Of a DNA stretch of 32,387 nt, positions 7,691 through 16,394 are shown in pieces. Within the stretch, counting starts at the first letter, position 1; each line of letters opens with the position of its first letter. Where the stretch lies: NCBI GenBank assembly GCA_040387455.1, contig JAZKDS010000068.1, forward strand, positions 1 to 32,387, written 5' to 3'. Both the position numbers and the translations under genes were made by a program. The stretch is from Bacteroidota bacterium (GTDB lineage Bacteria; Bacteroidota; Bacteroidia; Flavobacteriales; Flavobacteriaceae). The notes under the pieces were generated by a model. The model had not been told where the DNA came from, did no database searches, and worked only from the letters and a program-made list of their open reading frames with translations.

Positions 7691-8417
7691 CTTCGGTGAG
7701 GAGTTTAATGTATTTTTGTGCTAAAGCAGACAGCAAAAATTTTGCCATTTCCTGATTTTTATCGTCCATTGCTTTAACAAAATGCTTGTTCTCTACGGCA
7801 TAGTACACAAAGCCCTTTACATAATCTACCGGCACTTTGAGCTTTGACACAATATCTTCCTCTGTATAAAGATAGCCAATTTTTTGCATCAAGTCTTCCT
7901 TTTTGGCAATCTCGGCGGCGTTTCTCAGCATAGCGGTGCGCCCGCTAAACAGGTTTATTATCGGGTCTAACCCCATAGGGTTCATGCGCCATGACGATGC
8001 CGTGGCCACCCTGCGCTCGGCCGGGGTATATTGCTTTTGGCCGGCAGGCACCAGCCCCAGCGACTCTTCGTTAATATAACTGTAATCTATAATAAGCAGC
8101 TCTGGTATAAGGTAGCTGCTGCCATCGAGCGCCACAAAAAACAGGTCTGGGCTAAAGCTCTCCTCTGTTACCAATACCGGTTTTGTACCCAGCTTTTCGG
8201 CCGAGAACACCAGGGTATCGTTTAGTTGTGCATCAATGGTAAAGTAGCCGCCACGCGTGGTTTTTACGGTGGCATCGGATGTTTTGTTGATAACATAAAT
8301 GCCCGAAAGGTCTTCGGCATCGGCTATAACTTTTCCGTTAAGGGGTGTGCGACCCTGTGCAAAAAGGGTTGTAGCAGTAAGGCACAGCAGTAGGGTAACG
8401 TGTTTTTTAAAAAGCAT
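7683..8417 (-). CDS. CarboxypepD_reg-like domain exported protein, array paralog 1 (promoter-proximal, most divergent)
   Basis: Start re-called at ATG 8417 (MLFKKHVTLLLCLTATTLFAQ); GYFTI...NDTLVFS; ESLGLVP; TPAERR; LDPIINLFSGRT; FVYYAVEN. Confidence 0.82.
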   Translation of the reverse strand: MLFKKHVTLLLCLTATTLFAQGRTPLNGKVIADAEDLSGIYVINKTSDATVKTTRGGYFTIDAQLNDTLVFSAEKLGTKPVLVTEESFSPDLFFVALDGSSYLIPELLIIDYSYINEESLGLVPAGQKQYTPAERRVATASSWRMNPMGLDPIINLFSGRTAMLRNAAEIAKKEDLMQKIGYLYTEEDIVSKLKVPVDYVKGFVYYAVENKHFVKAMDDKNQEMAKFLLSALAQKYIKLLTEDE

Positions 8418-8523
8418 AATAAGGTGGTTGTGGCTGTAAAAAAGGGCTGGGTGTACTGATGCTGATTTGCCTCCCGTGTACAAAAAGATGTACCTTTACC
8501 TTTTCTTACAATTAGTTAAACGG

Positions 8524-9231
8524 ATGAAAAAATTAATTATTGCAAGCACCAGCACTTTGCACGGCGGCGGCTACCTGGAGTATTTGTTACCCACGCTAAA
8601 AGAGCACTTTGCCACATGCCGGCAGCTTATTTTTATACCTTATGCCCGCCCCGGAGGCATTACCCATGATGAGTACACTGCACGGGCGGCGGCATTTTTT
8701 ACAAAGTTAGGCATTGCCGTAAAAGGCCTGCACGAATTTGACGACCCGGCGGCGGCGTTAACCGACGCTGAAGCGGTGTTTACCGGAGGCGGCAATACTT
8801 TTTTGCTGGTTAGCCAACTGTACAAGACCGGCACCATGGCCCCACTGGCCGATGCCATTGCTAACGGAACGCCCTACCTGGGCAGCAGCGCCGGCAGCAA
8901 CATTTGCGGCCTGACCATGCAAACCACTAACGACATGCCCATTTTATACCCACCCAGTTTTAAAACACTGGGCGCGATACCCTTTAACCTGAACCCGCAC
9001 TACCTTGACCCGCAACCGGGCAGCACGCACATGGGCGAAACGCGCGAAACCAGAATTAAAGAGTTTCATGCGTTTAACACACTACCTGTACTGGGCCTGC
9101 GCGAAGGCAGCTGGCTTGAAGTGCACAGAAAAACCGTTACCCTTAAGGGCGATTTACCTGCAAGGCTCTTCCGACAGGGGAGGGAACCCGAAGAACTGGA
9201 AACGGGAGCGGATTTGAGTGGGTTGAAATAG
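8524..9231 (+). CDS. pepE: Dipeptidase E (peptidase S51)
   Basis: Start re-called at ATG 8524. Motifs FIPYARPGG, GGGNTF, nucleophile GSSAG, NPHY, HMGETRETRIKEF. Confidence 0.95.
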   Translation: MKKLIIASTSTLHGGGYLEYLLPTLKEHFATCRQLIFIPYARPGGITHDEYTARAAAFFTKLGIAVKGLHEFDDPAAALTDAEAVFTGGGNTFLLVSQLYKTGTMAPLADAIANGTPYLGSSAGSNICGLTMQTTNDMPILYPPSFKTLGAIPFNLNPHYLDPQPGSTHMGETRETRIKEFHAFNTLPVLGLREGSWLEVHRKTVTLKGDLPARLFRQGREPEELETGADLSGLK

Positions 9232-9232
9232 T

Positions 9233-9302
9233 GAAGTTAGAAATTAGAAATGGGAGAATGGAAATTAGATAGCAGAAGTTAAAGGTTAGAATATGGAAAT
9301 TT
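9233..9302 (+). repeat. Ten degenerate tandem heptamers (consensus about GAAATTA)
   Basis: GAAGTTA GAAATTA GAAATGG GAGAATG GAAATTA GATAGCA GAAGTTA AAGGTTA GAATATG GAAATTT, starting right after the pepE stop. Confidence 0.7.
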
Positions 9303-9596
9303 GACCTTAAAAGTAGAAGTAAGCACTTTTTGAAATCAGATACTAACTATTCACTTTTGGATTTGGTTTTTTGTTTGGCATTTTTTACGATATATCGTAA
9401 ATTTAAAAAAACAGGGATTTGGGTTTGACCCCGATAAATAATTTTTGGTACCGTGTTTTGACATGAAATTTCCCGGTTTGCCTTTTTTGGGTTGTAATAA
9501 TCTTGGTCTTTTTAGGCGATTCTGAAGTCCGAAAGTGAAAAATGAAGCACTTTTTGAGTGTAAAACCTTTGTGCTTTTATAAATCAGGATGTAAAT

Positions 9597-9624
9597 AAAA
9601 ATCCCCAGCCTTGGCCGGGGATTT
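9597..9624 (-). terminator. Intrinsic terminator after the DUF6029-like gene
   Basis: Minus strand reads AAATCCCCGGCCAAGGCTGGGGATTTTT: a GC-rich hairpin followed by a T-run. Confidence 0.75.
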
Positions 9625-9651
9625 CCACTTGGTTAAGTTTGGGTTAAAAAC

Positions 9652-11364
9652 TTAAAATGCTGTACTGATGCTTAGCGTAAGGCCCGTACTCTCTGGCACA
9701 AAGCGACATACACCGCCCACACACACAAGGCCACCACGCTGACGGCCAAAGTTTGCCGCAACACGGGTTGCACCTATGCGGTATGCACCACCTACGTTGT
9801 AGTAATGTATCTGTTTTGTTTTGTCATCGTTACCGTAATTGTATATATCCCAGACATATAGCGAATACTTATCGTTAAGATTAAGCTCTATGGTACCACC
9901 TACCCAGTTCTTTTTATCGGCATCGGCCCACATGTGCTCGCCTTCAAACCTGATTGATTTGTTCTCGGCAAAGTTATAGGTAGCCTCACCTGTAATGATG
10001 TTGGTATTTACCTTGTCGCCACCCTCCTGCCACTCTTTGTTATAGTACTGGCGGATGTAGTAAAATGCTGTATGCCATGTTTCTGACAGCTGTTTACGTA
10101 TCTCAACATTGTAATCGGAGAAGTATTTTTCGCCTACGCCAAATACATTAGTTTTGTAATCGGCCGGGTTAAGGCGGTAATCTCCGGGGAGGTTATACCA
10201 GCTTGAAGCGTTGAATGCCAGCTTAGTACCATACTTGCCCCCTATAGCAGTTGCTTTGGCAAAGTCATAGTATACGTCTATTTGCCCACCGGTTTCGCCG
10301 GCCTTCATAATCAGGTTGCCCAGGTAGTCTACCTTGGTTTGTGCCTGGTACACATAAATATTAGCTAAGTTACTGTGGTGCTGCTTAGTAAGTGCGGGGG
10401 TAAAGTTAAGTACCTTATCGTTAAAGTTAAGGCTCGACGATGTTGCATCTACATAAGTAGGCTCTCTTTCGCTCAAAAACTTGAAGTTTTCGGTACGGCG
10501 CACGGTGGCATCTATACCCAGGCATTCTTTGCTGTAGCCTGCATTAAGCAATATGGCGTTGCCCGGCTTTACAAAGCTGTTAGTGAGCTTGTTCTGTGTG
10601 TTAAGTACCCCGTCTTCAGTCTTATAGCTGTACTCTCCCGACGCATAAAAGGCGCCGTGGATAAAGTTTAAACGGCCGCTTACAGCATTGGTTAAGGCAT
10701 CAAAAGTATCTATAGCCTCGGGTAATTTTTGGTAACGGCCCACATAGCTGGCACCAAAGGTTAGGTCGCTCTCCTGAAACTTAAACAATGTGCTCAGGTT
10801 AAAATCACTGTCAAAGCCATAAATATCGCCATCTGACACATTAAAACCGCTACGCTGGCAGCCGTAAAGTGCTGTTAGCCTTACGTTATCGCTGGGGCGG
10901 AAGATAATGCGCCCACCCCTTAAGGCAGTGTTTATGCCCAGTGCACGGTCTTCCCAGGCGCGCAACAGCATGCCGCTGCCAAACTGCTCATAAAGGTAAC
11001 CGGCAGTAAATTCAAATTTTTCGGTTTTATAGCTGGCATACCATGTACCTACATTAGTACCCTTAAAACCAGGGTTGTAGTTAAGCAAGGCATTAGGCTC
11101 ATAAGCCTCTACCTGTACCCCTGCGGTAAAACCGCCCAGCTGGTAGTTAACCAGCAGGTAGTTGTTAGAGCGGATGGGTTTGCCGTTTATGGGCGTATCT
11201 GCCTGATTTACACCAGTGCCCTTATCATTAATATACCATGCGGAGTTGCTCTCAAAGCCCCCGTAAACACGGCCATAATCTTTTTTCTCCTGAAGGCTGT
11301 CAGTATCCTGTGCAAATGCCGGGGCAAAGCCCAGCGGCAGCAGCCAAATAAATAGTTTTTTCAT
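9652..11364 (-). CDS. DUF6029-family putative outer-membrane beta-barrel protein
   Basis: Signal peptide; alternating beta-strand pattern; motifs YEQFGSG...R.WEDRALG and FGRQRGGLVCVGGVCRFVP; C-terminal Phe (ISTAF). Confidence 0.8.
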   Translation of the reverse strand: MKKLFIWLLPLGFAPAFAQDTDSLQEKKDYGRVYGGFESNSAWYINDKGTGVNQADTPINGKPIRSNNYLLVNYQLGGFTAGVQVEAYEPNALLNYNPGFKGTNVGTWYASYKTEKFEFTAGYLYEQFGSGMLLRAWEDRALGINTALRGGRIIFRPSDNVRLTALYGCQRSGFNVSDGDIYGFDSDFNLSTLFKFQESDLTFGASYVGRYQKLPEAIDTFDALTNAVSGRLNFIHGAFYASGEYSYKTEDGVLNTQNKLTNSFVKPGNAILLNAGYSKECLGIDATVRRTENFKFLSEREPTYVDATSSSLNFNDKVLNFTPALTKQHHSNLANIYVYQAQTKVDYLGNLIMKAGETGGQIDVYYDFAKATAIGGKYGTKLAFNASSWYNLPGDYRLNPADYKTNVFGVGEKYFSDYNVEIRKQLSETWHTAFYYIRQYYNKEWQEGGDKVNTNIITGEATYNFAENKSIRFEGEHMWADADKKNWVGGTIELNLNDKYSLYVWDIYNYGNDDKTKQIHYYNVGGAYRIGATRVAANFGRQRGGLVCVGGVCRFVPESTGLTLSISTAF

Positions 11365-11371
11365 CAGTAGT

Positions 11372-11848
11372 TTAGAGCGTCTTCAGTTTATTATACAGCT
11401 CTGTTTCAGCACCCTGGCTGTAGCCATTATGTATATAAACCACTTTTTTATTTTTAACCACAATAGTATATGGCACGTTAGCTATGCCTAAAGCCCTTTT
11501 AAGGTCCTGGTTGCTATCAAGCAATACCGTATAAGGCCATTTTTTACCATTAAGCAGTGGTTTAACGCGTTTTTGGGTACGGCTGTCGTCAATACTTATG
11601 GCAACAACCTCCATATTAAGCTCTTTGCTCCAGGCTTCGTAGTGCTCGTTAATGGCGTCAAGCTCCTGTATGCAAGGCACACACCATGTGGCCCAGAAAG
11701 AGAATACATACAGCTTGTTCTCTTCGGTGAAATCGGTCTTTACATTATACGATTTATTGTTTTCGGATTTAAGCGATACGGCAGGCATTTCTTTTTGTGC
11801 ATTTGCCACTGCCGAAACAAATAAAAACAGCATTAGGAGCTTCTTCAT
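11372..11848 (-). CDS. TlpA-family thiol-disulfide oxidoreductase, exported
   Basis: FWATWCVPC active site, ISID, cis-Pro loop NVPYT, signal peptide ANA-Q. Confidence 0.93.
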   Translation of the reverse strand: MKKLLMLFLFVSAVANAQKEMPAVSLKSENNKSYNVKTDFTEENKLYVFSFWATWCVPCIQELDAINEHYEAWSKELNMEVVAISIDDSRTQKRVKPLLNGKKWPYTVLLDSNQDLKRALGIANVPYTIVVKNKKVVYIHNGYSQGAETELYNKLKTL

Positions 11849-12133
11849 TTTAAGTTTTTTTTAAGTAAATATTCTTGCATGGCAATATTAAAAAAATTTT
11901 AAAATACTATGGCTATAATTGTGCAAAATAATAATCCTATGGAATTGGTAGAATTATAAAAATCACGGTTTTAGCTCCAAAAACGCATTTTTAAATCACT
12001 TTTGCTGAGAATATTTTACTAATAAATTTTTTATGCAATATTTTGTACTAAAACTTTTTACATAACGATTTTTTTACATAATTTTCGCCCACTATTGATA
12101 AAAAAAACATAACTAACGTTAAAACTTGTCTAC

Positions 12134-13612
12134 ATGAAAAAATTATTACTTAGCGCATTTTTTGCCTTTGCCGGAATAACGGCTCAGGCACAACTTGCAG
12201 ACGGAAGTGTTGCACCAGATTTTACTGCAACAGACATTAATGGAGTACAACACACTTTATCAGAATATCTTGCCGCAGGTAAAACTGTAATCATAGATAT
12301 TTCTGCAACCTGGTGTGGGCCATGTTGGAACTATCACCACACTGGTGCACTGGAAGATGTGTACTATGCTTATGGCGAAGGTGGGTCTGACGAGATTGTG
12401 GTACTATTTATAGAAGGTGACCCGGGAACTTCGGTTTCATCTATATATGGTGTTAACGTGCCCGGAGATAACGGTACTACGCAGGGCGACTGGACTGTAG
12501 GCTCTCCTTATCCTATTATTGACGATACTAACGGCAGTATATCTGATGATTACCAAATAGGTTACTTTCCTACTGTATACAGGATTTGTCCTGACGGCTT
12601 TACAAAAGAGCTTACACAACCATCAAGATCTGCAATTAAAACCAGCGTAAGCACTGGTTGTGGTGCTCCGGTAGTAGGTGTTACTAACAATGCCCTTGCA
12701 TCTACATCTGACGTAAGGATTTGCGACGCTACAGGTGTGGCAAAAGCTACCATTAAAAACTACGGCACAAATGCTATTACTGCTTCTGTAATAGAAATTA
12801 AACAGGGCAATACAGTAGTAGGTACTCAAACCACTTCTACCTCAATAGCTGCTTTTGCCACTAAAACGGTAACATTTGACGCAGTAGAATTTGATCCTGC
12901 ATTAGATTACACCGTACAAATTTCATCAATAAACGGTGGTGCACCTACAAACACGGCTATAGCTTCTGCAAGTTTTGATGTTGTAAGTGCACAAACAGGT
13001 GCTAATAACGTTTTGATTAACATAAAAACAGATAATTACCCCGGCGAAATGTCTTGGGCTATTAAAAACAGTGAAGGTACTGTAGTAACTTCTGGTGGCC
13101 CGTATGCAGCAGGTCCAGGCGCTGCAGGAGCAGGTGGTCCTGATGCTAACACTACTAAAGTACATTACGCAGTACTACCCGGCAATGGCACTGAGTGTTA
13201 TACTGTAGAGCTTTATGATGGCTATGGTGACGGATGGTCTTTAGGAAGTACACCACACGGTATTGAAATTACTAACCCTAACGGTGATGTACTTTACAAC
13301 CAGGCTACTGCTAACTTTGGCACAACTTCAGTTACAAATTCAGCATTTAAAACTAATGGCACATTAGCTAACGAAGTTGTAGCTGCAAGAACTTTTGCAA
13401 TGTACCCTAACCCTACTACAGGCATACTTAACGTAAGCTCTGTGGAAGCTGTAAATATCTCTATTGTTGACCTTACAGGTAAAGTAGTTTATACTGCAAA
13501 CAACATTAATGATGGCGACAGCCTAAATCTTGGTTCACTACAAAAAGGCATGTATATTGCCCAGATTAAAGGTGAAACCACTCAAAAAACTGAGAAAGTT
13601 ATTATTAAATAA
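12134..13612 (+). CDS. T9SS-secreted protein with N-terminal redoxin/thioredoxin-like domain
   Basis: APDFTATDING, SATWCGPCW, YFPT; type A CTD (MYPNPTTG...GMYIAQI...KVIIK). Confidence 0.88.
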   Translation: MKKLLLSAFFAFAGITAQAQLADGSVAPDFTATDINGVQHTLSEYLAAGKTVIIDISATWCGPCWNYHHTGALEDVYYAYGEGGSDEIVVLFIEGDPGTSVSSIYGVNVPGDNGTTQGDWTVGSPYPIIDDTNGSISDDYQIGYFPTVYRICPDGFTKELTQPSRSAIKTSVSTGCGAPVVGVTNNALASTSDVRICDATGVAKATIKNYGTNAITASVIEIKQGNTVVGTQTTSTSIAAFATKTVTFDAVEFDPALDYTVQISSINGGAPTNTAIASASFDVVSAQTGANNVLINIKTDNYPGEMSWAIKNSEGTVVTSGGPYAAGPGAAGAGGPDANTTKVHYAVLPGNGTECYTVELYDGYGDGWSLGSTPHGIEITNPNGDVLYNQATANFGTTSVTNSAFKTNGTLANEVVAARTFAMYPNPTTGILNVSSVEAVNISIVDLTGKVVYTANNINDGDSLNLGSLQKGMYIAQIKGETTQKTEKVIIK

Positions 13613-13648
13613 ACTTTTTGCTTTTAAGCATAATTACATTTTATAAAT

Positions 13649-13687
13649 GCTACCGGACACAGCATAACTGCTTCCGGTAGCCTTTTT
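13649..13687 (+). terminator. Intrinsic terminator or attenuating hairpin after the T9SS redoxin gene
   Basis: 9-bp stem GCTACCGGA/TCCGGTAGC followed by CTTTTT. Confidence 0.65.
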
Positions 13688-13732
13688 AATTAAACACATA
13701 ACTCTGAATTTTTATATTACACTACTACTATC

Positions 13733-14485
13733 ATGAAAAAATTTATTTTACTTGCCGCCTTTGCCATGTCTTATTTTGCTCAGGCACAAGACATTGCTTT
13801 TACAACGGTAAACGCTAATGGCGAAGAGGTTGCTATTGCAGACAACCAGGTATTTACTTACTCAACACTTAGCGAGAGTACTGCAAAAATGCTTATTCAC
13901 GTAAAAAACAACTCTACCGAGTCATTCAGATTTAAAGTAAGGGTAGACGATATTACCGGAAACCCGGAGACAGGCATGAACATGAACCTGCAATTTTGTT
14001 TCTCGCAACTTTGCTATTTCTCTGTAATTGAAGGTAACAAATACCCTAATAACCCTGTAGTACTTGCTCCTGGTGCAAGCAACGACCAGACTGACCACTT
14101 TTGGAATGCCTATGCAGGTGTAGAAGGAGCTCCTGTAAGCTACTCATTTACCTTTTTGGAGGTAGATGCAAGCGGCAATACTACACAAGAACTTATCAGC
14201 TTTACATATAATTATCAGCCAACGGCTTCTGTTTCTGATTTTACATCACTTAAAAACATGGGTGTAACATTAAGCAGCACAGTGGTTAAAAACCAACTTG
14301 ATATCACTACAGATAACAATGTTACTATGGAGCTGTATAACATAAACGGCCAAATTGTAAAAACGGCTACTATAGCACAAGGTACACAGGCTGTAGATAT
14401 GTCTTCTTTAAGTGCTGCGGTTTATATTGCATCATTTACAACCCAGGACAATCGTACATCTAAAATAAGGATAGTTAAAAATTAA
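13733..14485 (+). CDS. T9SS type A sorting domain-containing protein with Cx4C motif
   Basis: Signal peptide; FCFSQLCY; degenerate CTD (LYNINGQIV...LSAAVYI...KIRIVKN). Confidence 0.8.
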   Translation: MKKFILLAAFAMSYFAQAQDIAFTTVNANGEEVAIADNQVFTYSTLSESTAKMLIHVKNNSTESFRFKVRVDDITGNPETGMNMNLQFCFSQLCYFSVIEGNKYPNNPVVLAPGASNDQTDHFWNAYAGVEGAPVSYSFTFLEVDASGNTTQELISFTYNYQPTASVSDFTSLKNMGVTLSSTVVKNQLDITTDNNVTMELYNINGQIVKTATIAQGTQAVDMSSLSAAVYIASFTTQDNRTSKIRIVKN

Positions 14486-14545
14486 TCTATACATACATTT
14501 TACAGCCTTTTAAGTTTTAAAAGATTACTGTAAATACCCTATCAA

Positions 14546-15595
14546 ATGAAAAAGTTTTTTACGTTATTATTTATTGCTGTTTTGGCAGTAACCGGCTGCG
14601 AAAGCGATTATACTGTGCTACAATCAGCAAACGGTGTAATACTTACTGCAGACAGATCGGCCAGGGCGGTGGGCGAAACCATTACTTTTACAGCAAAAGA
14701 TAATAATAATACTGATCTGACAGCCCAATCAGAATTTTATGTAAACGGTAACCTTATAAGCGATAATACGTTTACTACCGAAGAGGTGGGCAACTATACT
14801 GTTACTGCAAAATACCTTGGCCAAAGCAGTTCATCGCTTGTTGTGAGATTTCATGACGGTAGCGAAACTACCTTTACAAAAAGGCTTTTAGTAGAAGATT
14901 ATACCGGTACATGGTGCGGCTATTGCCCGCGTGTAGCATGGGCCATAGAGCAACTGCATACGCTTACCGAAGATTTTGTACCCGTAGCCATACACAGGCC
15001 AAGCAGCAACCAGAGCAGCTCTGTTTATGACCCGTATAATTTTGACACTACCGAGCTGGAAGACATTATAAACATACCCGGCTACCCTAAAGGTATGCTA
15101 AACAGGATGACACAGTGGACTTTTCCTGAGCCCGATAACCTGGCACAAGCAGTTAGCTTTACGCAGGGTGCTAATCCTGGCCTTGGCCTGGCGCTTACAC
15201 CGGTTGTTAGCAACGGAAACATTACCATTGATGTTAATATAAAGTTCAGCAGTAACTTTAATGGGCTTAAGCTTGTGGTATATGTGCTTGAAAACGGCCT
15301 GCTGTATGAGCAGCACAACTATACTGATTATTATGGCAGTGTTGATGTTATTGAAGATTATCATCATAACCACGTGTTGCGCCAGCTATTAACACCGCTT
15401 TTAGGCGAAAGCATAGCTTCTGCCGAAACCACCGTAGGCAATACTTTTACAAAAACCTTTAATGTTGCAGCAGCAGCTAATATAGCCAATACTGCTAATA
15501 TTGAATTTGTAGCCTTTGTAGTAGATGCTCAAGGCAAAGCTATAAACGTGCGCAAAGCCGCATCTGGCGATGTACAGGAATTTGAAGAAGAGTAA
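14546..15595 (+). CDS. Omp28-related lipoprotein with thioredoxin-like domain
   Basis: Lipobox VTG-C; LLVEDYTGTWCGYCPR; VAIH; GYPKGMLNR; LVVYVLENG; HNHVLR. Confidence 0.88.
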   Translation: MKKFFTLLFIAVLAVTGCESDYTVLQSANGVILTADRSARAVGETITFTAKDNNNTDLTAQSEFYVNGNLISDNTFTTEEVGNYTVTAKYLGQSSSSLVVRFHDGSETTFTKRLLVEDYTGTWCGYCPRVAWAIEQLHTLTEDFVPVAIHRPSSNQSSSVYDPYNFDTTELEDIINIPGYPKGMLNRMTQWTFPEPDNLAQAVSFTQGANPGLGLALTPVVSNGNITIDVNIKFSSNFNGLKLVVYVLENGLLYEQHNYTDYYGSVDVIEDYHHNHVLRQLLTPLLGESIASAETTVGNTFTKTFNVAAAANIANTANIEFVAFVVDAQGKAINVRKAASGDVQEFEEE

Positions 15596-15607
15596 ACCTT
15601 TTTAAAC

Positions 15608-15647
15608 ATAAAAAAAAGCTCCCGCCATAAACGGGAGCTTTTTTTAT
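15608..15647 (+). terminator. Bidirectional intrinsic terminator
   Basis: A8-GCTCCCG-ccataaa-CGGGAGC-T7. Confidence 0.85.
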
Positions 15648-15649
15648 TC

Positions 15650-15722
15650 CCCTTGGCTGAAGCTAAGGGCAAATAATAGCGGCTGAAGTCCGGGCAAATC
15701 ATACAGCTTCAGGCATGGCAAT
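15650..15722. repeat. REP-like hairpin with degenerate tandem copies
   Basis: Hairpin CCCTTGGC-TGAA-GCTAAGGG followed by CAAAT; GGCTGAAG...GGGCAAAT recurs at 15681-15699. Confidence 0.45.
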
Positions 15723-15755
15723 AAAAAAAGCCCTAAACTTTCGTTTAAGGCTTTT
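15723..15755 (-). terminator. Terminator of tRNA-Gly
   Basis: Minus strand AAAAGCCTTAAAC-GA-AAGTTTAGGGCTTTTTTT directly after the tRNA 3' end. Confidence 0.7.
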
Positions 15756-15756
15756 G

Positions 15757-15829
<73 letters not shown>

Positions 15830-15840
15830 TTATGTGGGTG

Positions 15841-15848
15841 CAAATATA
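15841..15848 (-). promoter_or_regulatory. -7 box (TATATTTG) of the tRNA-Gly promoter
   Basis: Matches TAnnTTTG, 11 nt upstream of the tRNA 5' end. Confidence 0.7.
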
Positions 15849-15956
15849 AGTAATATTTTTACGGCTGTGCAAGCTTTTTTTAAAAAAAGTTAACCCAATA
15901 AAAATCTCCGTTTTTAAAATATTTATTACTAATTTGTTACCCTTACACTTAGCTTT

Positions 15957-16394
15957 ATGTACACTATTAAAACTATCTCAGCCACAGAGACTTTTGCCGT
16001 GCGTCACCCCGTTTTGCGCCCGGGCAAACCTATAGAAACCTGCATTTTTGATGGCGACACGCTGCCTACTACCATTCACTTTGGCATTTTTGAAGACGAT
16101 AAAATTTTAGGGGTTACCTCTTTATTTGAATCGCCACATGCTTTTTTTAACGAAGAAAAGCAGTTTCAGCTGCGCGGCATGGCTGTACTGCCCAGCCAGC
16201 AAAAAAAAGGCCTGGGAGACCGCCTGGTACAGGCAGCCGAAAATTATGCACGCAGTAACGGTGGGCAGCGCATGTGGTTTAATGCCCGCGAAATTGCGCT
16301 TGGCTTTTATAGAAAAATGGGCTATGACACTACCGGCATAGCATTTTCTATAGGCGACATAGGCATACACTACGTTATGCACAAGCCCCTGTAA
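15957..16394 (+). CDS. GNAT family N-acetyltransferase
   Basis: VRHPVLRPG, QLRGMAV, QQKKGLG acetyl-CoA loop, WFNAR...FYRKMGY. Confidence 0.92.
   Translation: MYTIKTISATETFAVRHPVLRPGKPIETCIFDGDTLPTTIHFGIFEDDKILGVTSLFESPHAFFNEEKQFQLRGMAVLPSQQKKGLGDRLVQAAENYARSNGGQRMWFNAREIALGFYRKMGYDTTGIAFSIGDIGIHYVMHKPL

Noticed and set aside
2296-8225. Many + strand ORFs of 60-170 aa over the array, some similar to one another
   Set aside because: Antisense shadows of the paralog genes; their mutual similarity simply reflects the duplication.
2371-8417. Array as a CRISPR, diversity-generating retroelement, shufflon or integron
   Set aside because: No repeat-spacer structure, reverse transcriptase, recombinase, inverted cassettes or attC-like spacers; most genes overlap directly.
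8418-8523. ORF-track starts at 8483 (-) and 8467 (+), implying overlapping divergent genes
   Set aside because: Better ATG starts at 8417 (signal peptide) and 8524 (typical PepE N-terminus) leave a normal 106-nt divergent promoter gap.
10515-10870. Two additional single cysteines in the barrel (YGCQR, KECLG) as part of the redox relay
   Set aside because: Isolated residues in beta-strand/turn context; conservation cannot be assessed here and they may be strain-specific substitutions.
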